From Octopus vulgaris (lineage: Eukaryota): a DNA stretch of 64,000 nucleotides. The notes beneath the pieces were generated by a model. The model was not told where the DNA came from. It did not search any database and saw only the letters and a list, made by a program, of their open reading frames with translations. Each line of letters begins with the position of its first letter. Position 1 is the first letter of the stretch. This document shows, piece by piece, positions 51,207 to 63,375 of this stretch. The stretch lies in NCBI GenBank assembly GCA_951406725.2, contig OX597830.1, positions 68,014,001 through 68,078,000 on the forward strand, written 5' to 3'. The position numbers and the translations under genes were made by a program.

Positions 51207-51620
51207 GGCGCAGGAGTGGCTGTGTGGTATGTAGCTTGCTTGCCAACTGCATGGTTCCAGGTTCAGTCCCATTGTGTGGCACCGTGAGCAAGTGTCTTCT
51301 ACTATAGTCTTGGGCCGACCAAAGCCTTGTGAGTGGATTTGGTAGACGGAAACTGAAAGAAGCTCGTCGTATATATGTATATATATATGTGTGTGTGTGT
51401 CTGTGTTTGTTCCCCCCACCCCCAGCAACATCACTTGACATGTGATGCTGGTGTGTTTCCGTCCCCGTAACTTAGCGTTTCAGCAAAAAGAGACCAATAG
51501 AATAAGTACTAGGCTTACAAGGAAGAAGTCCTGGAGCGGGGGGGTGATTTGCTTGACTAAAAGGCAGTGCTCCAGCATAGCCACAGGCAGATGATTGAAA
51601 CAAGATAACGAATAAAAGAA
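51207..51620 (+). mobile_element. Full-length tRNA-derived SINE (family of 31490)
   Basis: GGCGCAGGAGTGGCTGTGTGGTATGTAGCTTGC...; the empty site AAACACTAAATATATATGGATATT is visible at ~60011-60034. Confidence 0.85.
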
Positions 51621-51692
51621 TATATGGATATTATTTGATATATTTATTTAATAATAACCCATGTTATATTGGTACTGTTGTAAATATTTATA

Positions 51693-52898
51693 TGAGGTTG
51701 TCTCACATGAAATGTCACATTTGAATAAGGAAACATTAAAATTTGTTTTTTAAGTTTTAGAATATTTATTTATTTAATCAAAATATGATCGTTGTTAATT
51801 TATGCCCTTCATCCAACGTTCCCTCTAAGGCATATATTTATCAACTGATAAATTATCACTGATAAATTGTTGAGATGCTTCAATTACCTCTTCTTTATTT
51901 AAGAATGTTTTATTGCATATAGCAAGCTTGGAGTATTTAAATATGTGATAACCAGTAGGAGAGATATCAGAAGAATAAGGAGGATGTGCCAAAATTTCAT
52001 AATTCAGGCATTGCAACTTGTGGACTGTAGCATGAGAAGTGTGAGGTTATGCATTATCATGAAGCAAAATTGGGCCATCACTATTCACTAATTTAGGTTG
52101 CTTCTTTTTTAATTTTCCATGCATAAAATTTCCTGACAATAGGTTGTTGTTGTTAAAGTTTCTCTTTGTTGCAAAAATGAAAAATGAACTACCTCTTTGT
52201 TGACCATACAGTGACCAACTTTTTAGGATGCAGTGGTGGTTTTGAGTAGTGTTTTGGTGACTCACCTGCATCTAACCACTGTCCTGTCCACCTGCTATTA
52301 TTATCAAAGAGTTTCCATTTCTCATCATACATAATGAGTCGATTCAAAAATGGTTTTCTTTCCAACTGAGAAATCAACATGGAACACAGAACAAACCTAT
52401 CCATCTTTTTTACTTTTCCAATTTTCTTCAAGTGTCAAGAAGCAGTTGCAGATGTCTGGAGCTCTGATCTAATTTTCTGGACTGTTGTTCTCAGATTCCA
52501 TTTAATCAAAGCATTCAATTCATCATGCCAGATATCAGATTTTAGTCTCCCTCTTGATTTATTTTTAATGCTTTCATTTCCTGAACAAAATCTTTGGAAC
52601 CATTTCTGAACAGTTCTAATGTCAACAGATTCATTACCAAAAGTGCACTTGATATTTTGTAGAGCTTTGGTGGTAGAGTGACCCAACTTGTATTCATACA
52701 AGAATATCACTTGGTATTATTCTGTTGTCAACATTGTCATAAGAGCTGTGGGTAGCAATTTTGAATAATAGAATTGTCTAGAAAGAAAAAGAGTAAGAGT
52801 AAACACAAGCATGTACATAGAAACTCATTCAAAATCCATTTATAGATGACTCATAAGAAACCCAGTTAAAATACAATATTTCATGTGAGACAACCTAA
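51693..52898 (-). mobile_element. Mariner transposon, full length, degraded
   Basis: TIRs TGAGGTTGTCTCACATGAAAT / ATTTCATGTGAGACAACCTAA flanked by TA. ORF pieces IFLYEYKLGH, RTVQKWFQRF, YDEKW, LLHDNA, HPPYSSDISPTGYHIF. Confidence 0.92.
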
Positions 52899-53142
52899 TA
52901 TATTTGTGAATAGATCTATTTTTAACATATGATTCCTATTCTTTGTTACTTGCCTCTGTTACATAGAAATTTCTCCATCTTTTTAGATTCTCTTTCAATT
53001 TTCAACATGTTTCTATTTGCCTTTCTTTGAGAAATTTCCTCTTTCTAATTTCTGTCTTATTTTCTTAGTTTCCTTTACTCCTTGTTTACTTTTCACCATA
53101 CTACTCTGGCCCAGTCTCCCTCTCTCTCTCTCTCTCTCTCTC

Positions 53143-53181
<39 letters not shown>

Positions 53182-53358
53182 CTTTTTACCTGTCACATAA
53201 TTCCTTAAAATTTAATTCTATTTCCATTTCATGCCAAAACACAACGTTTCTTCTATTCTTCACTCCCAGTTAAAAGATAAAGACTGAAATTTGAAACTCT
53301 AGACTTATGTCAGATTCACTTTACCAATCTGGAATTTTCTAATTTACTGATTTTACAG

Positions 53359-53410
53359 ATTTACGAATATTATCTCATCTGGTCATTCAGGATATAAATA
53401 TGGATATAAG
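53359..53410 (+). CDS. Microexon B4 (52 nt, phase 2->0): FTNIISSGHSGYKYGYK
   Basis: ttaccaatctggaattttctaatttactgattttacag|ATTTACG...TATAAG|gtaagt. Confidence 0.82.
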
Positions 53411-54977
53411 GTAAGTTCTCAGAAAAGAAGAACAGTAATTCTTTATAAATTTTATATTTTATAGATGAGTTCTTTTTTGCATAGATTGTAACAAATGGTT
53501 TGTTGAGAATTTCATCAATGGATTTGCCTAAAAGGAATGTTGTATGTTCTGTTTATGAATATTTTTATATATTTTCGCACATTGGTACAACAGGCTACTA
53601 ATTTTACACTGGTAGAACAATCTACTATTTTCCAAAAGATAGAACTGTCTATGCTATTTCTTATTGGTAGATATAAAAACTATATTTCATATATTTACAG
53701 CAGGCTTTCATGTTTTATAACAAGTGGAATAGTTTCTATTTTAGTATGGATGTATACTGTTTATAGTACTAGACCAACTAGTATTTTCAATGGCACCCAA
53801 CTATTCTTCACATGACAGTTCAGCACTGACAATTTCATGCATGACAATTCACCACATCTTTTCCATTTTGAAATTAATAATAAAATCCATTTAATAAGGT
53901 GTGCTTGTGTGCTTTCTGTGATAAACTCCACTACATAGGGCTTGTTTTTTTTATTTTAAAATTAGCAAATGTTTGTAGCTAACTGAAATCCTGAAAAGGA
54001 AAAAACATATCATCCTATGTTTGCAAAATAACAGTAATGAAATGGTATATTTGTATTAATAGCAAAAATGGTTTGGGGACTGTTAATAATTGAAAATGCT
54101 GTATAGCCCTACCAGTCACTGTATGGTGACTGGAAAAGTGTAAGAGTATCAGTTCATAGCATCATCTGCCTAGTATCTGTGACCAAAGAGGAGATAACTA
54201 CACCAAAATGCTAGCATCTCACAGTCTAGGTAGGTGGCGCTGCATGACAAAATGCAGTTAGTAGCTTGTTTCCCAGTTCAAATGTGCATCAAGCATATTC
54301 GGACTGATAGTAACATTATAATCACGGAGAGTGTTAGTGTTGCTACTAACGTGCTTTTGTTGAATCTCATTGGCATTGGCACAGGTTGGAGTAGGATAAA
54401 TTCACTCATGAATTCAAGTGATTCCACAGTTGCTCTTTCTGGAGTTGGAAAAGTTTGTTTCTACGTAGACAGTTATTGTCAATAAATAAAATTGATAATA
54501 AATTATTTGTGTGTGTGTAGAGGGGGGGGCTTTCAACTAATCTGACCTCCGTCCTACTCACAATGAACTTCTTTTTACTGAAAACGAGTTGATGGAGAGG
54601 AATAAATTATCTTTACAATCTGAAGTTCGGATGTGTGGATGCTGTAAAAATTTTATGGACTCCTTTGTCTTTTGTTACGCTGAGAAGAGAAGTCTAAAAC
54701 AATCAATGGAATGTCAGTTAAAAACTCGTTGCTGTTTTAATCGAAGTAAAACTGCAAATTTTCAAAGTAAATTAAATTTAGATTTTATGTTTCACCCACA
54801 CACATACAAATATGTATTTACATATATATATTTATATATATATATGAAATTAAATATCAAACTGAATTGTATTCAAAACATTATTTCTTTCTCCAAGAAT
54901 AAAACATTTTACAGATTTCGTTGATCTCATGCATGCATGCACACAAATTCACACATGCATACGCACATGTGTATGTA

Positions 54978-55963
54978 TTGGGTCATCCCATAAATAATGC
55001 AGTTTTTATACTTCTTTTATCTTTCAAAATTAAGATGAACAAAGTTCTTTTTTATCTAAAATATATTCTCCTTCATTTCCTACAATGCTCTTCCATCTAA
55101 CTAGTAGAATTGTAAGATCCCTCTTCCAAAATTCATTTGTCCATGATGAAAAATACTTCTCTAGTACTTTTCCAACCTCATCTACAGAATTCATATTTTT
55201 TCCGTCCAAATGATTTTGAAGACTGTGGAATAAATGATAATAAGATGGTGCAATGGTGGGTGGGACATCGTTTCCCATTCAAACTGTTCAGCTTTCAGAA
55301 TGCTATCCCCACTGTATGTAGCTGAGAATTATCCTCATGGAAGAACACCTTTCATCTAGAAACCAAAGATGGTCGTTTTTCTTCTAGTGCTAACATAAGC
55401 CACTCAAGTTGCTCATAGTAGATCTCCTTTGTTATAATTTGGTTTGGGTTTAACATTTGGAAAGTTTATGAGGAACTCATTGACCCAATTTTCTGACTTT
55501 TCCAATGGCACACAGGTGTCAATGAATGGTTGAATCCAAGCTTCCTGCTAAATCCAGGCTTCTCTGCAGGTTCCTTAAAAGTTATGATGTGATTTCATTC
55601 TACTAGGGTTTGCAGGACGTCCTCAGAATTTCTGGAACCACTGTTGACTCTGGATTATGTTTATTGTCTGATCTCCATATCATACTCTGCATAAATATTC
55701 CTCACACTTTCCATTGCATTGTTGTCTTTATTGAACACATAAAGTAAAATACACCAAAGATGCTCCTTTGTTACTTCCATTATAGGTTTGAAAAAATAAC
55801 TGTTAAAAGCGAATTACACTCTTCAAAACTTGCACTAAAGATATGTATAAGGTAAAATTACTACCTGCTTTTATAGCAAGTTGATGCAGGTAGTTTATCC
55901 CATCCCCCTCCGACTTTTAGTTCAGTCAATTGATAAAACTGCATTATTTATGGGGTGACCCAA
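54978..55963 (-). mobile_element. Internally deleted mariner transposon
   Basis: TIRs TTGGGTCATCCCATAAATAATGCAGTTT / AAACTGCATTATTTATGGGGTGACCCAA flanked by TA; IAPSYYHLFHSLQNHLDGK...RWKSIVGNEGEYI. Confidence 0.92.
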
Positions 55964-56939
55964 TACGTCTCCATATCATTGCACATTGGTACAATTAATA
56001 CTATCCATTGGTACTATACATTTAAACATTTTCATTTAAGTATCTATCTACATTTACCTTCAATTAACTTTGAGTTTATCGTCTTAATTACTTAATCACA
56101 TCCTTAGATTCTCAAATGGAATATATATTCATTAACAATACAGCTCATACCTTAATTTTAATTTTTATTCTATTTATGTCTTGTATTTTTAGTTTTAATT
56201 TTTAATTGTTTTATTCTAAAAAACAATTACATATATGTACATACATACATACATACATGCTGCATGCATTAGTATCAATCAGGGTGAATGAGTGCTCTCA
56301 AAATCATATTGGTGGATAAATATTCTTTACATTTGGGTTATCCTGACTACCATTAGTTTCATGGAGGGAGAGAAATATCTCAACAATTATTCAAGTCTAC
56401 CATATGGGACGTTGGTGTTTGTCTCCATCACATCATCATCATCATTATCATTAAGTAACTTCCATTTTCCTTGACAATTCAATAGCATCCAATGAGTTAA
56501 AGGACTGTGTTTAGCTTCAATGTCTGATTTGGTTTCTATTTATTGACAAAGAGAGAAAAATAATAATTAGAGAGTATAATATGTAAGTTGAATGGTACTG
56601 ACTTCATATACAGAGGAAGAAAGATTTTGAAGGATATAGTCACTAGTTGGACCTTCCTAAGCTTCTTACATTGGAATATAAATACCAAGTGATCAGAGAC
56701 ATTCACTTGGTTTTAATTTTCAGTTTCAATTCTTAGTTTCAATTTCTGTTTGAAGAGAAATAAGAAGTTATCATAGCTTTGTATTTCTCTTCCCATAAAA
56801 TTGTTGACATGTGCTTTGTATAAAACAATTAATATGATAAATACTATCAAACATCATCATTAACATTTAAACCCCTATTTTTTTGTGCTGACACATTGTT
56901 GCATAGTTCTATTATATATATCATTTCTTTTGTTTTCAG

Positions 56940-56971
56940 AACATTGTTAAATACAGCAGAGAAGAAGAGAG
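56940..56971 (+). CDS. Microexon A5 (32 nt, phase 0->2): NIVKYSREEE(S)
   Basis: atatcatttcttttgttttcag|AACATTG...GAAGAGAG|gtaatgcaag. Confidence 0.82.
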
Positions 56972-58329
56972 GTAATGCAAGGAACTAGTAAAATTTGATA
57001 ATATATATGTATATATATGTTAGAATTTCAGCTATGGTGTATAGTGAATTTAAAAACTTCACTCAGCTGAGATTATCCCAGTAAATGCTAAACAAAAACT
57101 TCTCTTAAAATCAGTTTACTATCGAATTTCCATATAAGTCTTTTCTCATAATATGTTGGAAATACACTCCCAAATCTTACTCAATTCTATCACTGGCATT
57201 ATTTACAAAATCAGAAAGACAGAAATCAAAAGAATGCTCAAATAATTCAAAATTTGGTTGGCATTTAATATAGCAATCCATCATTTCTCTAAGACACGTA
57301 TAGCATTAATGATTTCAACAATCAAACACTTTATTATTGGTGAAACAATTTAGATTCTATGATATTGATTTCTTTCTCTTATCATATAAGAAACAGATTT
57401 ATGCAAATTAAACTGAAATTGAAACTGATTTGTGAACTCAGTGGGAAATCTGATAATTATAATTTTAATTATATTCGTGCATAGAAGAGTAGAGAGAGAG
57501 AGAGATTTACTGATTTGGGAATTCTATTATTTTCTGGTAGGAGATTTGAGTAATGTTTGTGTGTTTAATATGAAATGATTTAATCATGGAAGATGAATGA
57601 GAGCCAAACACAACATATATTATTATATTCACTCCATAATATTTTCTTATAAATATTAAATATGAGTAAGTCACAAAAGGTTACACCAAACCCATGATTT
57701 GTGGCAGTTTGGGATGAAGATCAAAATGAACAGTTTTATTGTTACTTAACAATTCTACAGAATACAGTTTCATATCATATGCTAAGGGTAAGCTGCAATT
57801 AAAGCATGAAATTCAGTTTATGAGAAATCCAGGTCTTTGTGTTCCTTAACAAAAATAATTCAAAGATACAAAAATATGAGAAATATAAAATAAAGACAGT
57901 GAATTAAAAACCAAGAGGAAATGGAAAAGACAACAAAGATTGAAGAAAAAGTCTATTTCTATTAAGAGAGAAAAGAGAGAATATTAAGCAAAGGAGAAAT
58001 GGATTGTCCATGTTTTATTTCAGATGGTCATCATAGTAATGGATACAGGAAATGGTAGCAGGCATGTGAGTTCTTGAAGAGGAGAGTGGAAATGGGTTAG
58101 TGATGTACATGTGGAACTCAGGTAAAAAGAAATAAGGAAAGAATAAAAAGTGTGTCCCTACACAGTATGTATGTGTGAGAGGGTAAGTGCAAATGAAATA
58201 AGAAAAAATAGGTGAAAATGAAATAAGGAAAGACTAAAGAGTGACAGGGGTGTGTCACTACACAGTATGTATATGTGAGCGGGTGAGTGTAAGATTCAAG
58301 TAGTGTGAATATGTGTGTATGTACATGTG

Positions 58330-59260
58330 GTGGATGGCAAATGATGGAAGGACTTACAGAAACAGAAGTTAATTCCAGTGGGGGATAATACCTATAAAGG
58401 GACAGTTAATCAGGTGTAGAAGTGGCAGGGGAGGGGTGAAAAGAGAAAGGAAACAATTAGGATAAAACTAATTAATGACTAATTCTAGCTGTCGATGGGT
58501 GTATCTAAAACGAAAATCAATCAGTATTCACAAAAAATTTGGTTGATGGATGAAGTCTGGTATTGGAGAAATCTGTAACCTCCACTAGCATGTTGACCAA
58601 TCATCTTCACACCTGTCTCAATTTTACATGTGTTAGTGACTCGACCCCATGACCTACCACTTTCCAATACTGACCATTTGATCCTGGTTAAAGGTTTTCA
58701 CTTCATTTACTTCACTCTATCAAAGACTGACTTGCAGACCCAGAAAAGCCCTAAGTGTTTCTCAAAAGCTTGTTTTGGGACCAGGTTTCTTAGCAATTTA
58801 TGTTGGATTGGATTATTTGTGCAGCACTATCTGTAATTTGTTGGGAGGATGTGAATATTTATGTGTCTGCTAATGAAGCTGGCTAAGTGTATTAAGGAGG
58901 TAAGGAAAGATTGTGTAGGAAGAGATTGAAAACACGATGGAGATGCCCAACAGATTCGATTTGGGAAATTATATTCTCAAAGTGTTTTTCTTGTACACTA
59001 CATAGACATGGCAGCTTGATAGACTGTTTGCTCCCCAGCATTTTGTATTGTTCACTGGAGAGAGAGTAGAGAGGTTGCAATATTTCCAGACCACTATGCT
59101 ACATACCATACATTTCATAATTGAATGTCTTAGTGTGCATGTGTACTGAGGTCTCAGATGGAGACATAGTAGAACTGGCAAGATGAATCTCTGGCTCATA
59201 CCTTGTTGTTTGCTAACCTATTTCTGTTGTATGACTGCATAATCAGGGATGACCTGTGCA
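58330..59260 (-). mobile_element. Old, heavily degraded element body, possibly Penelope-like
   Basis: Lies between diverged inverted arms (~57960-58095 and ~59280-59400). Only weak LIFVLDTP-type C-terminal similarity. Confidence 0.35.
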
Positions 59261-59604
59261 GAAAACAACAATAATAATAGTTCTTCTCTTTCTTCTACTA
59301 AAACCCATATGTATTGTTTACACACTTCCTGTGTCTGTTACCATCATGCTCTGAAATAGCACACAGTATTTCCCTTAATTTCTCTCTTCTTTACCTAAAA
59401 AAGAAGGGCTGATATTTGAAGCATTGATGACTTGTTCATTTTCCAAACAACTTAATATACTGAAGTTTTTATATTTTTTTATCAAATATTTGATTGTTAT
59501 TTGTTAAAATGTTAACTGCATGTGTCTAGTTATAACTGATTTGCATAATAGCAAAAGATTGATGGCTGGATACTACACTATGGGTTAGGAATAAAGAAAT
59601 TATG

Positions 59605-59885
59605 AATCAATGGATCAACTCTGTTGTGAAATTTAACATCCAAGTGGCTGAGCATTCCTTAGACATGCGTACCCTTATTGCAGTTCTCACAGAGAGTCAG
59701 CATGACACACTGAATGTGACAAGGCTGTCCCTTTGCAATACAGGGACAACTCATTTTTGTCAGCTGAATGGACTGAAGCAACATAAAATAAAGTATCTTG
59801 CTCAAGCACAAAGGCACTGCCAGATATTGGACTGAAGCCCTTATGATCATGGGGCAAATAGCCCAACCACCAAGCTATGCACCTT
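59605..59885 (-). mobile_element. tRNA-derived SINE, paralogous copy of 50745-51068
   Basis: CAAGTGGCTGAGCATTCCTTAGACA...CCTTATGATCATGGGGCAAATAGCCCAACCACCAAGCTA. Confidence 0.75.
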
Positions 59886-60514
59886 CCCATATATGAAATA
59901 ATAGCCATATGAATTCTTTGGCTCTTGGTGAATCACAAAGAAACAATAAAACTGGTCACTTTGATTCTTATCCTAAATGGCTGAGACCTCATCTGACATA
60001 ATTGCAAAGAAACACTAAATATATATGGATATTATTTGATATAATTATTAAATAATGACCCATGTTATACCGATACTGTTGCAAATATTTATATATCTGT
60101 AAATTGGTCTAGTTTTAAGGTATGATTCCTCTTCTTTGTCACATGTCCCTGTCACAAATAGTTTCTCCACCTTTCTGTCACTTAGAATTTTCAGTATATT
60201 TTTACTTGTCTTCCTTTGAGAAATTGCCTCTTTCTAATTTTTGCCTTAATTTCTTAGACTCCTTTACTCTTTCTTTCCCTCTCACCCTTCATCTCTGACT
60301 GAATCACTCTCTCTGCTTATAACTTTCCACCTGCTACACAATTCCTTAAATTTTACTTCCATTTCCATTTCCTTGATTCCATTCCAAGCAACGACGCAAC
60401 TTTTCTTCTGTTTTTTCACTTTCTTTTCAATGATAAAGACTGAAATATTAAACTCTACACTCATGTCAAATTCACTTTACTAATCAGGAATTTTCTCATT
60501 TACTTATTTAACAG

Positions 60515-60590
60515 CTATACGAATAGTTTACCGTTTCAAAGAACTATCTCATACTGTATTCCAAACTTTCCACTAAAAATACCTATATTG
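60515..60590 (+). CDS. Small exon B5 (76 nt, phase 2->0): YTNSLPFQRTISYCIPNFPLKIPIL
   Basis: ttactaatcaggaattttctcatttacttatttaacag|CTATACG...ATATTG|gtaagt; open in the required frame. Confidence 0.82.
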
Positions 60591-61624
60591 GTAAGTGTTC
60601 AGAAAATCAGATAAGTAATTATTTTTAATTTTGTATAATTCTTTGATTAGTTCTATTTGCATAAACTATAACGAATGGTTTGTTGAGAATTTCATAATTT
60701 TTTTTTTTTTTGTATAAAAGAATGCTGTATATAATGTTTTGAAATATATTTATATATTTTCCAATATTGGTACAACAGGCTACTATTTTTTATACCTGTA
60801 GACCAAGCTATTATTCTTCAGACTAGTGGAGCCATCTACCAGTTTTCCAACAGGTAGATCCAGCAACTATATGCAATACATTTACAGCAGGCTTCTTTAT
60901 GTCATACTATTATGGCCAGTGTAGTAGTTTTCAGTTTAGAATTATTGGATGCTGTTTTTCGTATTAGAAGAATGAGCTACAATATATCATATTGGTAAAC
61001 CAGACTAGTATTTTTTTGAAATTTGTTGAGTAAGCTGCTAGTTTACATATCATTAGTGGTGGAAAATTATTTTAGATAAGATGGAGCCTAACTTACTATT
61101 TTTCATATCAGTAGAGCCAGTTCCTAATTTCCCCAGATGTTGTAAGACAATCAAGGGATGGTATATCTTATAAACAAGAAGACAGAAAAAATGTGCTAAG
61201 AATATTTATGGGAATAGAACACTATCTCTCCAGTAAATTATTTAGCCATGCTAACTGATACACCAAAGTGACTTAAAAAAATATAGCCATCTAAATTAAA
61301 ACCCCTAATTTAACAAACTGAGATAGACATACATTTGGCTTGTCATTGGAAACTCAGATCTTACAGTTTCAAAGTATGAATATGTCACATGGAATCACAA
61401 TTATATTCTTGAGGGGATCATTCAGAAATTCTATAGAAATTTTTTTTGCAGTTCCAAAGATTAGAAGTTTTAGAGAAGGGATGTTAAGAATGTTGGTTTT
61501 AAAAACGTTTTAAAAGAAATATGCCTTTTCTATAATCGTTGGCAAAAATTGATGCTATAAGATTGTCAGTAGTTGAATCCCCAACATTTTTTCTCATATT
61601 CAATATCATTTCTTTTATTTGCAG

Positions 61625-61665
61625 GATGATGTTCAGGAATTGGTACAGGAAGACATAAAATTGAG
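61625..61665 (+). CDS. Microexon A6 (41 nt, phase 0->2): DDVQELVQEDIKL(S/R)
   Basis: caatatcatttcttttatttgcag|GATGATG...TTGAG|gtacta. The acceptor is homologous to other A copies, but the donor differs and an alternative GT at 61643 is possible. Confidence 0.62.
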
Positions 61666-61849
61666 GTACTAAATAGCATACTAAATTGCTACTCTTCTAA
61701 ATCTTACTCTATTAGATCACTAGTATTATTTATGAATGGCATACATATGGAAAAATAACAGATGGCTCACAAAAAGCAAATGATTGGCATTTAATATAGC
61801 AATCTATCGTTTCTCTACATTTATCTCTCTTAAGATAGCTATACCATTA

Positions 61850-63375
61850 ATCATCAACATCATCTCTTAACATCTGCTAGCATGGGTTGGACAGTTGGTG
61901 AGCTGAGGGGCTGCACCAGACACTAGTCTGATTTGGCATGGTTTCTACCATTGGATGCCCTTCCCAATGCCAACCACTCGAAGAGAATTAAGGGTGCTTT
62001 AATGTGCTACCGGTTCCAGTGTCAGTTGTGTGTCAGGTCTGCAGGTGGTCGGTCTGTGCAGATGGAACCGCGAATGGCTCACTATCTCCAGCGACCTCGC
62101 ACAGAACCGTCGAGTGTGAGCTGCCATGGTTCATGATGCCGTTAGGACCAGAGAAGAAGCCGGCTCAACCCACCCTGGGTGAACGCCATCACAAGTACAA
62201 GTATGTACCAAATGTCTCAATTGTTTCTGAGGCCCAAAGCTTTAAAGGTGCTTTTTATCAGCATCAGCCACATTACCTCATGAGGCCCTGTGCTCGAAAT
62301 GTGCTATTTGAATGCCACTGGCATGGGACACCTGTTACATGGCACCAGCTCAGCCACAACTATGATTTGACACTTGGCTTGACTGGTCTTCTCAAGCACA
62401 GCATATCTCCAAAGGTCTTAGTCACTAGTCATTGCCTCCGTGAGGTCCAACATTCGAAGATCATGCTTCACCACCTCGTCCCATGTCTTCTTGGGTTTAC
62501 TTCTTCCACAGGTTAAATCCATCCCTAGAAATCAGCACATTTACACAGCTGTCTACATCCATATGCATCACATAATCACACTAGCGCAGTTGTCTCTCTT
62601 GCACACCACATCTGATATCTCTTATGCCCAACTTTTTTCTCATGACACTCTCTACCCTACATTCACAATGACCTTGTACGTCCAGCAAAGCATACTAGCT
62701 TCATTTCTTTCAAGCCTACACATGTCCTTGGCTGTTACAGTCTATGTTTCACTGTCATGTAGCATGACTGTTCGCACACAGGTATCATACAATCTACCTT
62801 TCACTCTGAGGGAGAGGCTCTCTTTGTTGCCATCAAAGGTAAGAGCTCTCTAAACTGAGCCCAGCCTATTCTTATTTTTGTAGCTATGCACTCAGAGCAT
62901 CCACCTCCACTACTGATTTGGTCACTTAGATAATGGAACCTATCAACTACTTCTAGCTTTTCACCCTGGCATTTGATGGAATCTATTTTCTGTACATTTT
63001 TAGTGTTTATTGTACCTGTGCACCTACTACACACAAAACTATTTCCCTGTTAACCTTCCTCTGATATTGCTGCACCTCTTATGTATCCATAGCTTACACC
63101 AGGTACATCTTATGAAGTTTCTACTTATACTTTTCCTACAGACCAGGCAGGGCCATCTACTAGAAGGGATCTAGGATTTGTCTGCTTTCCTAATTACTAA
63201 GACTTTGGTTGTTTTTGCTAGATTATCTCTAAGGTCTCTGATTCTAGACGTTCCTTCCACATCTGAAATTTCTTCTCTAGTTCAGGTAGTGATTCGGCTG
63301 TAAGAACAAGGTTATCAGCATAGAGGTGCTCCCAGGGGGGGGGCATCTTAAATTCTTCTGTTATTGCCTGGAAGA
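61850..63375 (-). mobile_element. RTE-clade LINE 3' fragment with tail, inserted in the post-A6 flank
   Basis: PWEHLYADNLVL, CTGTINT..KCQGEKLEVVDRFHYL..SGGGCSE..RIGWAQFRELLPL. The unit flank resumes at ~63377 (TAATTTTAACAATCACACAC). Confidence 0.82.
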
